A stretch of DNA of 63,367 nt, filler included, from Globobulimina sp. (GCA_003354225.1; 25 parts of 25 records of this genome joined end to end with filler, not necessarily neighbours in it); one strand, 5' to 3'; shown: positions 35,558 to 48,147, numbered from the whole stretch's first letter. The notes: generated by a model from the sequence alone, not told the origin. Program-made: numbers and translations.

Positions 35558-37734
35558 CGCCCTTCTTTTAACAACGAATTTGACATTGATTTCGCATTCG
35601 AATTATTATTCATTCTATGATGAAATGGAGGTTGCGGCGACAATGAATTGCCTCGCTTGCCATCGCTATTTATAATCCCTTGAGGTGGCAAATCATATAA
35701 TTGCTCGGTATCATTTTTATCGATGATATATTGTATTTTAATCGCATTCGAATGTGGTTTGGGGGGCGGTGGTACATCCGATTGTACTTCGAATGTATTA
35801 TTTGACACACTTTCTTTGTTCTGGTTATTTTCCACGGATACAAGTTCATTGTTTTTCTGCTTAAGCTGCATGCGCTGATATTGTTGCTTCATCAGTCGTT
35901 GCTGTCGCTGTTGTTGTTGTAACAACAAATGTTGTTTCTGTACACCATCAATGGGTGGCGGCAGTGGCGGTTTATGCGCATTCTCCGGATATATATAGTC
36001 AGCATGCTTTAGTTTGGTATCTTTGCCTTGTGCTGCTTTATATAATTGTTCCTGTTGTACTTGCATTGCAAATTGATAATCGCTAAATTCCTGCACACTT
36101 TCTGCATTTGGCAACGGTGCGTTATAACCACTCATTACACCTAAATTATGTATCTGTTGCATACTATTTACGGAGCGATGTGCCGGCGGCACCGATATCT
36201 GATTCATATTCATATTATGCACATTGATGCGTTGATGTTGCGAGGGCAGCGGCTGTGAATTAACTGAATTTGGACGATATACGTTGTCATTAAAGGGCTG
36301 CATTTGTATGTTGACAGGATATGGATTCATATAATTGTATGTATGCGCATTCCAATTATGCGAATTGTGTTTTATATGTACTTGCATGTTATCCTTGGCA
36401 TTGATCAATATTTCTTTATCATTATCCGCATCAATATACACGTTATTGTTATTTTTGCTGTTATTGGCTAATAATGGCTGATTTATTTCCAGTTTGCTGC
36501 CTTTTTCCACCGCCAGCTCAGACAACCAATTATATTTAAAAAATAACCAGATCAAAAAGGTTAAGACATTCAATAAATATAAGGCTAAATACGCCAAAGT
36601 CCAACAAGAATGTGTGAAGGAATATTCTATTGACATGAAAAAAATAATAAATGCTATACTGTTCAAGACATAGCGCATTAACATTATCAGTCCACAAACA
36701 CAATTGAATGGTAGCTGACTCATATAATAATAGGATGAAAACAGACAGGTAATACAATAAAATATAGCGCCCAGCACACTGTGCGGATCCATCAAACTGT
36801 CATTGATTTCATATCTGACGCTCCATACTCGCATAGCTATGCGACTGCATAATATCTCCCAAATAAACAACACAAGCAAACTTATATAGAATGCTGCTAA
36901 AATATCCCCGTCCCGACACCACAGATAAAACAACACGAATGGCATGATTCGCATCGACAAATCGGAGCAAAAATATATAGTTCCAACTATATTATAGTAC
37001 CATTTCGTTTTCAGTGAAGATTTATCTGTTTTTGCATATAATTAGTTATGTTAAACAGCGCAAAATCGCAAAAAAAGAGAGGTGTAACTGTGGAATGCCG
37101 AGATTCGCGCATAGTTTCGAACCCATTTTGTGAGGCCAGAGCCAAACGAAAATATGGAGATACAAATGGATATAATAAGCATCCAGTTATGTGTTATGCG
37201 GTGGGTGTCGTAGATGATTAAATATGAGATCTGTAACGAGAAACTTAGCATGGATTCAGCAAAGGATTCGATTGCACGGATTTTGGCCATATTGGTCCGG
37301 ATGGAGATGATTTTATGAATGTAATTGTATGCATCAGAGGATGGGTCAAATAGCACTGATTCTTCATCTTTGGAATAATTGATAGAAAAGAAATTTTTAT
37401 GATCATCGTCGCCATCAAAAAATAAATAACATAATAAGACAACGGGTCCAAATCCAAGCATGGACAATACTGCAACACAGAAAACTGTGCTGAATGATTC
37501 TGGTTTCATGACAACAATCACTTCTCGAGTGGTGAATGCATTTGAAATGACGATGATTGCAATTAATAAGGCTGCCCAATGGGACTGTTCCTGATATAAA
37601 AAATCAATCGCTACAAATATATCGCTGTAAATGTCGACCATGGTGATGGCTGTTCCTAACATTGAGGCAAGTAATAAAGCTTTCCATTTGTCTGATACGC
37701 AACAGAAAGTGCCCAAGCATTGTTCCAAGCACAT
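35558..37734 (-). CDS. XK-related membrane protein with long Q/P/N-rich tail, 3' partial
   Basis: DIYSDIFVA, IESFAESMLSFSLQ and SICISIFS motifs; intron 37026-37088 joins the two ORFs in frame. Confidence 0.78.
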
Positions 37735-38618
37735 GGTATAGCGTAGTTTTAAGCTTTTATTTTAAAAACATCGTCATATCGACCGTCAAATGTGTGTTGA
37801 TACAAAAAAACAAGATTAAATAAGTAAATTTTAACAGAATTACAGGAAAACGAATCTAACGAATGTCATTAATAACATATTTGCAATCAAAAGCACCAAA
37901 ACCAGCAAACAGTTTGCATCATCCTCAAATGAAGTTGTTGAAAAAGCACAACTCGATACATAAAATCACCATTAAAAACAATAATCTCCTAAATGNNNNN
38001 NNNNNNNNNNNNNNNNNNNNNNNNNNNNNNNNNNNNNNNTTAATTAATTAANNNNNNNNNNNNNNNNNNNNNNNNNNNNNNNNNNNNNNNNNNNNTGACA
38101 CTATTTGTGTCGGGAAGTTTTCTTTCAATGTAAAATAATTCAGGCATATTTATACAAAATTCCTATATTGCGCAATGTTGAGATGGTTCGTAACTACTAA
38201 GATTATGATATCATTATGAGTGTTGAGCATAATTTCCATGATTGATTGATTGATTGTCGCGGTTATGTTAATTCTGATATATAAAGATATATTCCAAAAG
38301 ATAACCCCCCTGTTTGGATAACCCCTCACCTTTGTAGACAGAAAATTCAATGCCAAAATCTGTAACAGCCAATTCGTGTATATTCTGTATCCCTGGGATC
38401 CCTATAAAAATTTGATATGAAGGGAATTTTGTATATTTCTGAAAATTATATTGTTCTCCATTTGCAAACCCAAGACAAAGTTATAACAAACACAGAACAA
38501 ACCCAGATCAAACCCAGAAAGCGTTTCTCAGATAATTGAATAAAATGTATTCAACTTATGGACCAGGGGTGTTATCTTTTTGAATATATCGTTTAACTGT
38601 AAAAAAACCGTTGTTAAA

Positions 38619-39929
38619 ATGGAAAATCCAATTGTTTTGGATATTGGTACATTCACAACCAAGATTGGCATAGCAGGCGATGCTAAACCAGTGGAAGAGC
38701 GTACAATTGCCGTGTCTCAAACGACTGAAGAAAAGGAAAGCACTGAAAGCACAACAATTTATTATGGAAACAAAGGGATTGATGCAATAAATAACAAAGT
38801 TGAAAATAAATCAAAAATCGCAAATGAAGTAAATAATGGATCATGTATAAACATAGAGAATGCAGATTTATTAGGGAATTTTTTGCGTAATGTAGTATAT
38901 GGAAATGAATTATTACCAAATTGTAGCAAATCCAGTAATCATTCAATGCTATTAACAGATCATGTGATGTGTAAGACTTCTCATCGATCGTTATTAGCAG
39001 AATTATTGTTTGAAGAGTTTTGTAGTCCATCAATATATTTTGAGATATGCGGCGTATTAGGTTTGTATGCAACGGGTCGACTGAATGGATTAGTTTGCGA
39101 CATGGGCTATGCACAGACCTCATTCGTTCCCATAGTGCAAGGATATCAAATTGAATATGCATCGCAAAGAACAAATTTCGGTGGCAAACAATTTGACCAA
39201 TATTTTAATCATTTATTACGGAAATCGGGCATTACATTGGCAACAAACTATCAGTTAGAGATTGTTCGAAATATAAAAGAAATAGTCGGAGAGTGTCGAG
39301 TGGAATCATCATTTGAGAAATTACAAGACGACGAAGAAATGAATTGTGATAAGTATGAAATGCCGGACGGCACAATATTACAAATTGGCAATGCCCGGTA
39401 CAGAGCATGTGAGGTTTTATTCGCACCGCATTTATTGGGACTACAATACAAAGGGATACAGTATGAAATATTAAATTGTATAAATAATTGTGATTTAGCA
39501 TTAAGAAAAGAGTTAATGTCTCATATCACATTAATTGGTGGAAGTTCATTATTAAAAGGATTTGGGAGAAGATTAGTCAATGAATTGGTTGCAAATGATT
39601 ACAATAGATATGATTATCAGTTATTAATTGCAAAAAATACACGGAATCATGTTGATAAAGATATAGTTGATAAGCCAGGTACTGCTGTGTCTGCTGTGTC
39701 TGCCTCTGTTGATAAGCCAAGTCCTTCTGTGTCGGCGGCATCATCCTCTATTAAACCAAAAAAAATCAATAAAAAAACTGGTGTTCGGATTTATGCACCG
39801 ATTAACAGGCGCTACAGCGCATGGACTGGCGGCTCGCTTTTATGTTCAATGGATAGTTTTAATGATGACATGTGGATAAATCAAAAGCAATATCAAGAAA
39901 ATGGCAAAAGTATATTGTATAGACAATGA
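38619..39929 (+). CDS. Divergent actin-related protein (Arp1/centractin-like)
   Basis: IVLDIG...KIG.AGD, LFEEF, LYATGR..GLV.D.G, YEMPDG, RYRACEVLF.P, RYSAWTGGS; contains an S/A/K-rich insert. Confidence 0.88.
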   Translation: MENPIVLDIGTFTTKIGIAGDAKPVEERTIAVSQTTEEKESTESTTIYYGNKGIDAINNKVENKSKIANEVNNGSCINIENADLLGNFLRNVVYGNELLPNCSKSSNHSMLLTDHVMCKTSHRSLLAELLFEEFCSPSIYFEICGVLGLYATGRLNGLVCDMGYAQTSFVPIVQGYQIEYASQRTNFGGKQFDQYFNHLLRKSGITLATNYQLEIVRNIKEIVGECRVESSFEKLQDDEEMNCDKYEMPDGTILQIGNARYRACEVLFAPHLLGLQYKGIQYEILNCINNCDLALRKELMSHITLIGGSSLLKGFGRRLVNELVANDYNRYDYQLLIAKNTRNHVDKDIVDKPGTAVSAVSASVDKPSPSVSAASSSIKPKKINKKTGVRIYAPINRRYSAWTGGSLLCSMDSFNDDMWINQKQYQENGKSILYRQ

Positions 39930-40369
39930 TATCAATGATATAGTGTATTTGAGTATTTCTTCTTTTTTTGTTGTTGAAGGTCAGTTAAACTGAAAACGTT
40001 CTAAACTTGGGAGTAATCAAAATTAAACACAAAAGAAAAAGAAATGACAATGAATACAAATAAAGAATCCAATTACGTACAGAGAAGAAGAAATGTGCGC
40101 AATTATTGATCAGTATTTTTATTTATATTATTTTTGTCATTGTTATTAACAGGTTTTGAAATAATATCAATTGTATTTATTGGAACAGTATATTTATTCA
40201 TTAATTGTTTATTTTCAAATTTAATGCATTTCCATTTTGTTGATTTTTTAACATTCCATTGTGTGCTGAAATTATTATATTGTTGAATCACTGCAATTAT
40301 TTGTTTAAAATAGAGTTTATTTATTTGTTTTTGTCTGTGAAACTGTTCAAATTGAATATACATTAAACG

Positions 40370-40533
40370 ATTCTTATTTTGCTTGGTCTGGATTTCTTCG
40401 CCATGGTATTTTTGGTTGTTTACGTCGGAGCAATTGCTGTTCTGTTTTTATTCGTCGTAATGATGCTAAATATTAAACTGGCTGAAATTTCAGAGAAGAA
40501 ACTTCGTTACCTTCCGATTGGGGGTTTTTTAGG
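40370..40533 (+). pseudogene. nad6: Mitochondrial-type nad6 fragment (NUMT or chimeric segment)
   Basis: LGLDFFAMVFLVVYVGAIAVLFLFVVMMLNIK..LRYLPIGG is the conserved Nad6 core; it begins abruptly with no 5' part. Confidence 0.88.
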
Positions 40534-40633
40534 NNNNNNNNNNNNNNNNNNNNNNNNNNNNNNNNNNNNNNNNNNNNTTAATTAATTAANNNNNNNNNNN
40601 NNNNNNNNNNNNNNNNNNNNNNNNNNNNNNNNN

Positions 40634-41442
40634 TGTCGAGCAAGGTGGAACTGCGAATATCAGGCATTATTTATATTTTTTAATTCAATCTCTTCTTCGC
40701 GAGAAATGTATGTGGTTTTAAATGGCGATTTATCCGTAATCAATTTGCTATTTTTGGACGTTGCATCGTCATCTAACAGCTCATTATCGTCGCTATATTC
40801 CTCCGATTTGACCTTCCTGTTTCTGCCAGAATGTTTACGTTTTGCTTTGGCAGCGACACCGTTTTTAATCGAAGCACTCGAATTATCCAAATAAGGATGG
40901 GGAGGATATCTATTATAATGTGGATGTGGATGTGCATGAAACATAGGATGCGGATGGGACGGATTCATGTGATGAGGATATGGCATATGGTGCGCATATG
41001 GGTTCATGTGAGGATGCGGAGGTAAATGATGAGACATCACAGGAACGAAATATTGCGGATGTTGGTGAGGATGTTGGTGAGATGTTGGTAAAACAGGTAA
41101 TAAATATTGTGGTGGTATTGGATTGGATGAATTTGCAGAATTTGCAGAAGTGGAAGGGGTTAAATCTGGAAAGTGTTGGACTTGGCTATCACTCTTGTTT
41201 TCTGCATCGACACTGTTACTATGTTCGTCCAACCGCATTCTCTTTCGTTTTGGCTCTGAACTGGTGTCACTGAGTTGATATGATTCACATTTTACTTCAA
41301 ATTTGGTTTTGTTGCCACTTAGTCTATTTTCAGAGGTTTCTTGTAGTTTAATGTCTGATGGTACTGATGGGAGATCCAAATTGTCACTGTTTTCCATATT
41401 CATTGCAGAAAAAAAAAATTCCGAAGATGTTTGACTGGCCAT
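40634..41442 (-). CDS. Hypothetical His/Pro-rich, probably nuclear protein (may be 3' partial)
   Basis: NLS-like PKRKRMR and a HP-rich tract. Confidence 0.55.
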
Positions 41443-41652
41443 TTGAATGTGTTGAATAGTCAACAAAATAACACAATGTTTATAATACAGATAGAATTTT
41501 CGATTATTAAAATTACTGAATAATGACGCATAATGTTGTCACAAATGGCTCACAATCGTTATATAATGACGTATACACAAAATGTTCTTTAATATTGGAA
41601 TGTTGTTGATATTTATAACAATTGCTTTAATAATGGTTAAATAAAGCAGTGC

Positions 41653-42945
41653 ATGGTTGTTTTGTTTATTTTGCTCGAGTTCGTGTTTTTAATTTTACTA
41701 AAGATAATGGCACTGATGGAAGCAGACCAATCAGTTGAAATGCATTTGCGAACTGATGACGAACAAATGACCAAAGAGACCCTTCAAAAATTGCATGAGA
41801 AGAAAATGTTGGCTGGAGATTCATTCACCCAAAATACATTACAAATTGTTGAAATATTAGGTGGTATTGATAATGTTTTATATATATGTTTGAACTCAGA
41901 TCATGTAATATTAAACCACAATAAATTAGAAAAAATGCATGAAATCATGCAATCACCGCCAAAATACAAACACAGAAACAAAACTACCCCATCACAAAAA
42001 ATTGAAAGCACCAATACTATCAACAAAGAGCATGGCCCGCAAATGGAGTACATATTCGATGTAAATGATACATTTTTACATTCAATGTGTGGCGAAATAA
42101 AAGCAGAGAAAATAAAGAAATTGGTGGAGAATAAAATGGTATACACATTATTAGCACTCATTGCCTTCATTGCTTTTGCATTGGGTTTCGTATTGGGATG
42201 GACATCGATTATCTTTCATGTATATTGGATAACATGTTTATGTGTATTGGTGATACCATGGTTTGTCTTAAAACATTTATTATTCAACAAACAGGCTTTC
42301 AAACTGTGCATAAAATCATTTGATTATTGGATTAAAGTCGGTTATGGTGTCATGTTTTGTATTGCTGATTTATTCCACGGCACTCCGCCTGTACAGGGCC
42401 AAGGTTTTACATCCAAGAACTTGTTGGAGTGTGTACACATTGTTTGGGGCGTTTTGGTGATCTCTTACGTCTCATCCATCGACGCCATGCATACGACCAA
42501 AACTAAGAAGTTAATTTTATCTGTGATTATTGCATTATGCTGCACCTATTTAGCGATACAATTTCAATTCTTCGAGCCGGAGGAAAAAGATTATAAAATA
42601 AGAATACAATTAGCAGAGAGTGTACATTTGATATCAATGGGGTCGCTGGTTTCCAATGCAATGAAAGTGCTTTCGTTATTTGTTTGGAAGCAGACTATAA
42701 ATATATGGCGCAGGAATGGAAAAGCTGTGTCAATATCAAAACACGTAAATATTGTGTGGATTGATAATATGAAACAATATGAGGATTCGGGGAAAGATTA
42801 TGAAATGGAAAGAAGAGACATAGATTTGGATTTGGATTTGGAAGAAACAAATGAAATTAATCTGCAGTGTGTTTCAACAAAAAAAGAAACAGTGCAATGG
42901 GTAAGTTCAAGCGAAATAGAAAAAGATGAAACTTTAAGTATATAA
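41653..42945 (+). CDS. Hypothetical multi-pass membrane protein (about 6 TM)
   Basis: 430-aa intronless ORF with several hydrophobic helices; the start may be the ATG at 41707. Confidence 0.7.
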   Translation: MVVLFILLEFVFLILLKIMALMEADQSVEMHLRTDDEQMTKETLQKLHEKKMLAGDSFTQNTLQIVEILGGIDNVLYICLNSDHVILNHNKLEKMHEIMQSPPKYKHRNKTTPSQKIESTNTINKEHGPQMEYIFDVNDTFLHSMCGEIKAEKIKKLVENKMVYTLLALIAFIAFALGFVLGWTSIIFHVYWITCLCVLVIPWFVLKHLLFNKQAFKLCIKSFDYWIKVGYGVMFCIADLFHGTPPVQGQGFTSKNLLECVHIVWGVLVISYVSSIDAMHTTKTKKLILSVIIALCCTYLAIQFQFFEPEEKDYKIRIQLAESVHLISMGSLVSNAMKVLSLFVWKQTINIWRRNGKAVSISKHVNIVWIDNMKQYEDSGKDYEMERRDIDLDLDLEETNEINLQCVSTKKETVQWVSSSEIEKDETLSI

Positions 42946-43346
42946 CTTTCTTGCATGCACATAACAACATCAATATGGCACTCAGTAGGCATGGCAGCAT
43001 GAGCTGTTACGTAACATGTAACTTTTTTGGCTTAGTTTCGTTTCGTTTCATTTCAACCATTAGCAAAGTTTNNNNNNNNNNNNNNNNNNNNNNNNNNNNN
43101 NNNNNNNNNNNNNNNTTAATTAATTAANNNNNNNNNNNNNNNNNNNNNNNNNNNNNNNNNNNNNNNNNNNNAGAGGAGAGAAGAGAATAGATAAAAAATA
43201 GATTTGGATGGATTTGGTGAATTCAGGTGAAAATTAATTGTTTGATGATGGGGAATTGTATGGTCATCACCACCCTCACAAACAACAGAAATGACAAACA
43301 TATTTTAATTTTTGTTTTTGTTTCTGCGTTTTTATTTAAGAAAGTA

Positions 43347-44976
43347 ACAGCTATGATAAATACCTGCTTTCAAAGAATTTTTCAATTTATCAAATAATTT
43401 TTCAAGTTTATCAAACAAATCAAGTTTTTCAAATAATTTATCTATTTATCAATCAATTTTTCTAGTTTTTCTAGTTTTCCATGCATTGTAAGTTCTGAAC
43501 ATTTCAAACATAAAATATACTGTACGTAAAACATGAAAACTATATAATTATCGATCGATCAAATAAACGCATCATTAAACAAAATGGAGAGGAAAAAGAA
43601 TTAAAAGAATTATATAATAATCAAATCTCTGACTCTGATAAAATTAATTGAACACATTGCTGTTTTGTTTTTTGTGATAATTTATCTTTGTCTGTATATC
43701 TAAATGCGCAGTCTATGCAACATTGTTCACATAATCTGTGACAAAATCCACATATTTTATAATATTGCCGATCATTAAATGAAAATAAAAAATATAAGGC
43801 GAGTGCATTAATAGTGGTATCAATAACATCTGCAATTTCATATTCACCGCGGAATTCATCTGGCTCTGACAACTTAATTACATACAAATTGATCAAATTT
43901 GCAATATATGATGAAATTATACCAATTACTACCAACAAAGTATAGCGAGTCCATGCTTTCATGATCCCCAAACCAATAATCTGCATATTATTATCATTAC
44001 GATCAGCGGCTTCAATATCAATCTTATTTTCTGTACGTTGTAACATTCGCAATGTTATGGATTGAAACACCTTTTTGCACGATAAACATAGCAAAGTCAT
44101 TGCAAACAAAAAATGCATTGTTATCGTTAATGGACCTAACCAGAAAATAGCATGAGAATATGAATAAAGTAATAGCATATAAAATAGTAACATCATACAA
44201 AATAAAAATGCGATTATAAATACCCAGACATATAATATCTTAATTACCCATCTTGGATACGATAAAAATGAATGACGGAAATCGATATCAATCCTTGCTA
44301 CAAATATATACAACATTATCCATATTCCAATTAAGTAAAATAAGAATATTGAATTGTATAAAAAAATATAGCCTTTGTGATAATATGATGAAGTAATTAT
44401 TACAATCCACGATAGTAAGCAACATAAAAACGTACCAATCGCAAATGAAATAAGACCACATACATTGCATCCGATCATTAATTTGTAACTATTTGTTGAT
44501 TTGATGACTGTTGAAATTGAATTGTCTTCATTTGGCTTCAATACATTTTTAATGACTCTGCAAACCAAGTAAATCAATAACACTGCAGATACAGTGTCTA
44601 ATAATGCTGCTATCAGCAATACAACAAAGTGCGACCTCGAAACCATTAAATGCAATAATAAGTTTTTTATTTTTCAAAAATTAAAGTTTTTTGGTTTAAT
44701 TTCTCAACCATGGAAAAAATACAACATTTACTCAAACATTTGATCCGTCTGCCATTAAAATGTTTCTTTAATCCGTCTGCCATGAGAAGCTACTAAAGTT
44801 TGTTGAAAATGTAAAAGTTTTTTTAGGTAAACATCAAAGTCTGGAAAACTAGAAAAACTAGAAAAATTGATTGAAAAACTAGAAAAATTATTTGGAAAAT
44901 TTGATTGTTTGATAAACTAGAAAAATTATTTGATAAATTGAAAAATTCTTTGAAAGCAGGTATTTATCATAACTGT
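43347..44976. mobile_element. Cassette bounded by ~135-bp terminal inverted repeats (43347-43481 and 44842-44976) enclosing a 7TM gene
   Basis: acagctatgataaatacctgctttcaaagaatttttcaatttatcaaataattttt... versus its reverse complement ending ...gaaagcaggtatttatcataactgt; right terminus reads CTG|TA. Confidence 0.65.
43621..44646 (-). CDS. Seven-transmembrane (GPCR-like) protein, intronless
   Basis: Seven hydrophobic segments and a Cys-rich tail YYKICGFCHRLCEQCC. Confidence 0.75.
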   Translation of the reverse strand: MVSRSHFVVLLIAALLDTVSAVLLIYLVCRVIKNVLKPNEDNSISTVIKSTNSYKLMIGCNVCGLISFAIGTFLCCLLSWIVIITSSYYHKGYIFLYNSIFLFYLIGIWIMLYIFVARIDIDFRHSFLSYPRWVIKILYVWVFIIAFLFCMMLLFYMLLLYSYSHAIFWLGPLTITMHFLFAMTLLCLSCKKVFQSITLRMLQRTENKIDIEAADRNDNNMQIIGLGIMKAWTRYTLLVVIGIISSYIANLINLYVIKLSEPDEFRGEYEIADVIDTTINALALYFLFSFNDRQYYKICGFCHRLCEQCCIDCAFRYTDKDKLSQKTKQQCVQLILSESEI

Positions 44977-45122
44977 ATCTACGTCGGAATATTGATCGGT
45001 ATAAACCATGCGAATGGACGTGGTTCAGAGGCGCATTTGGTACAATTGATAGAGATTATGGCGCATTTTTAAATTATGCCTTTCATGATTCACATGTGAC
45101 AATATTTACAAGAATCGCATAG
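44976..45122 (+). pseudogene. Degenerate delta-12/omega-6 fatty acid desaturase fragment
   Basis: YKPCEWTWFRGAFGTIDRDYGAFLNYAFHDSHV parallels FAD2 [23 protein letters not shown]..FH...DTHV; the third His box is eroded and a stop follows. Not in the ORF track. Confidence 0.7.
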
Positions 45123-45907
45123 GATGTAGTATTGTAGGAAGAGGACGATGGACGATTGCAAAAGGCAATGAAAATATGGTGCAGGTTAAAAAATGATTTT
45201 TTACGTAATATATACTGCGACCATAGTACGGATTTTACCATAGAACAATGCATTTTAATTTGTGTTATTAATAAGCTGTTAGCGTTGTTGTAATTTCTTT
45301 TGATATTGGATTAAGTCATTAATTTCTTGAGTCAATTTGTTAAACATATCGTTATTTAGTTTTGTTTCAACATACAATCTTAACAACAACTTCTCCGTTA
45401 TCATTGGATCAGGATACTGCATCAAAATATTTGTCACTTGTTCTAATTGCAAATTATCGCCATCACTATTCATGGATTTTGTACACTGCAAAAAGTTAAT
45501 TATATTCAACAACAAATTATTATTATTATTATATTCATATTGATGATGGTTTCGAGTTGATAATAAACATAAAATTGATGTCAATTTGCTTTTTGTTTCT
45601 GAATGATTCNNNNNNNNNNNNNNNNNNNNNNNNNNNNNNNNNNNNNNNNNNNNTTAATTAATTAANNNNNNNNNNNNNNNNNNNNNNNNNNNNNNNNNNN
45701 NNNNNNNNNAACAAAAGAAAAAGCGAAAAAAAAAAGAAAAAAAAGAACCGAAAATCAGTGCACAAATCGCGTCGAAAGCCCCGCAACAACCCCCAGTCCT
45801 ACGGCAATGAAATAGCATGGAACCGCCGTCAGTCCATTCCGCATCACGCCACCGTCCAATCCTTAGCCTCCATCAACCAGCCAATCATCGTCAACAAACT
45901 GTCGAAA

Positions 45908-47607
45908 ATGTCGCAAGACCTAAAATACCAACGCGAGCTCAAAAAGGCGCTGTTGGAGCTACGCCAAAAGGACGAAGACTACCGCTATGCCATCGAGATC
46001 GGCGAGTCGCTGACCAAAGAAAACGAGTATTTGAAGGAACAGATCGAAATCGTAGAGTCGCAGTTGCATTATCAAGAGACCGTCAATGGCACTTTGAAGG
46101 AGAAACTAGAGACATTATCGAGTACATATCACCAGGATTTGTATAAATACCATCAGGAATTGCAAGCTCATAAGCAATTAGTCAACGAATTGCGTAATTC
46201 GCTCAATGACAAACAACAGGAACTGTCGCAGCAAAAACAGATTGCCAACGCACGCAAAAAACACTTGGAAACGCACGAAAATGTGCCAATGAAATCGATG
46301 AAGCGGCTGACCAGCGATGACATTGATAATTTGCAGTCTGTGGATTTTCGGTCTGTGTTAGAGCAGCAATTGTATATCAAACTGGATGCGGAGAAGAATA
46401 AAGGCGTAGAGCAGCAGACGACGATCGAGAATTTGATGAAGAGTTTGGAAGATCTGCGGGGTCTGAAGAGGAAGTATGATGGCTTGAAGAGGGCGAACAA
46501 AGAGTTGAAGCAGATCACGAAGGACGAGTTGGCGCAGCACCTCCAAATGCAAAAGAGCATCGAGGCGGAGGCGGTGTACCTCGCGGCGAAGAAGGCCAAT
46601 TTGGAGGAGGAGAGGGAGGATTTGCTGGGTTTGCTGGATCAGAGGGATTATGAGATCACAATGTTGAACCAGCAGTTGGCGCTGCAGAGGAAGGAGAATA
46701 CGCAGCATATGGTATGCTTTGCATATCCTTGCACAGCGCAACATGTCCAAATGTATATATATTGAATTATTTTATGACATATAAGGAGTCGACGTTGGGC
46801 GATGATATTGGCGGTGACGAAAACGACGAATATTTCGAATACAATGATTACAATGATATGGAGAGTGAGGAGGACGACATGGAGGAAATCGACATCATTG
46901 CGGAGATCTTGGATGATGAGGACTTGTTTGACGATGATGACAGTGACGATGTCGCTGATATCAATCACGAAAAAGAAGGGGTTGGTGCCGTGAATAGAGG
47001 CAATAATTTGGTTAAAAAGAGAGAGGAAATCAGTGAGGAGTCGCGTGATAAAAAGGCGTTTGACAAAATCAAAGAGTATCTGCATTTGACTGCGTCTGCA
47101 GTGAAGATAAAGTATCCGACGGTGAAAGACATCCAATCGGATGAGCTAATTAAGAGAGTGAAGGAATTGCCTTTTTATAAATATCACGACCAAATGGTGC
47201 GGATTATGGAGACTCAGATTCGGGATGAAAAGAAAAGGAATTTCAATATCAATAACAATGCGAATATATTGTTGGAGGATGGGCCGCCGCCGGGATTGAA
47301 TAAAAGGAAATCGTTTTTGTCGATATTTAATATATTTGGCGGCGATGATAAGTCGAATGATGGCAGTGATGAGGAGGTAGATGATGGCAAATCGGATGTG
47401 AGTGTGAGTGATGATGGAGGAGATGGCGGCATTTCTACCGCCCGGAGAACACGGAAAGGGCAGAAAAAGAGGAAGAAGAAGAAAAAGCGGAAGAAGTCAA
47501 TGACGGATGTGCTTGAGAGTGAAAATGGTGGTGGTAATAAAGGGAAATATAAGCGTGGATTAAGTGTGCAAGCCTCTGTGAAAAGGTTGAAGAACAATAC
47601 AATGTGA
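45908..47607 (+). CDS. Coiled-coil protein with CC1-box-like N-terminus and acidic tract
   Basis: Intron 46712-46785 is in frame; LRQKDEDYRYAIEIGESLTKENEYL resembles the BICD/HAP1 N-terminal AAxxG..L..EN motif. Confidence 0.75.
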
Positions 47608-47708
47608 GACTGTGAGTTTGTATGTTTATTCGTAATTAATGTGAACCGCAAATAAAGTTTTGAGTATGGAAAATATAAAACCTCAGTTAGCTCAGTAAGC
47701 CCAAAACA

Positions 47709-48147
47709 ATGTCAGCTGCAGGCTCCACATCTGTGAAATATGGAACCTTGGATACTGAGCACAGTGGGTCGAAAAATAATGAATCGCAGCATTATCGCAA
47801 ACAGCAATTCTGCACCGTTAAAAGACTCTTAATTTCATTGATTTTAGTCGCAGTGATTACTGTTGCGGTTATATTGGCTGTTTTTTTTTTAGTATTCCAA
47901 GAATCTTCCGATAGCCAACATGATTTAGCGTGGTTAAACTTATTATCCAACGAGTTTTCCGTCGAATATTATGTGGAAAATATCTATGAACCGCGACAAA
48001 TGGAAGTAATTGCAAATGTAAATGGAACAGCAACGATAATTTATACGGTGGCGTCAGATTTCCGTAGCTATGATGATCTTCAACCAGAAGCAGGGATTTA
48101 TGCGTTGATAGATTATGAATCCGATGCAGTTCATGACAAAACATTGA
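47709..48147 (+). CDS. Type II membrane protein, possibly sorbosone/PQQ sugar dehydrogenase-like propeller, 3' partial
   Basis: Signal anchor, then FSVEYYVENIYEPRQM and GIYALIDYESDAVHD. Confidence 0.45.
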
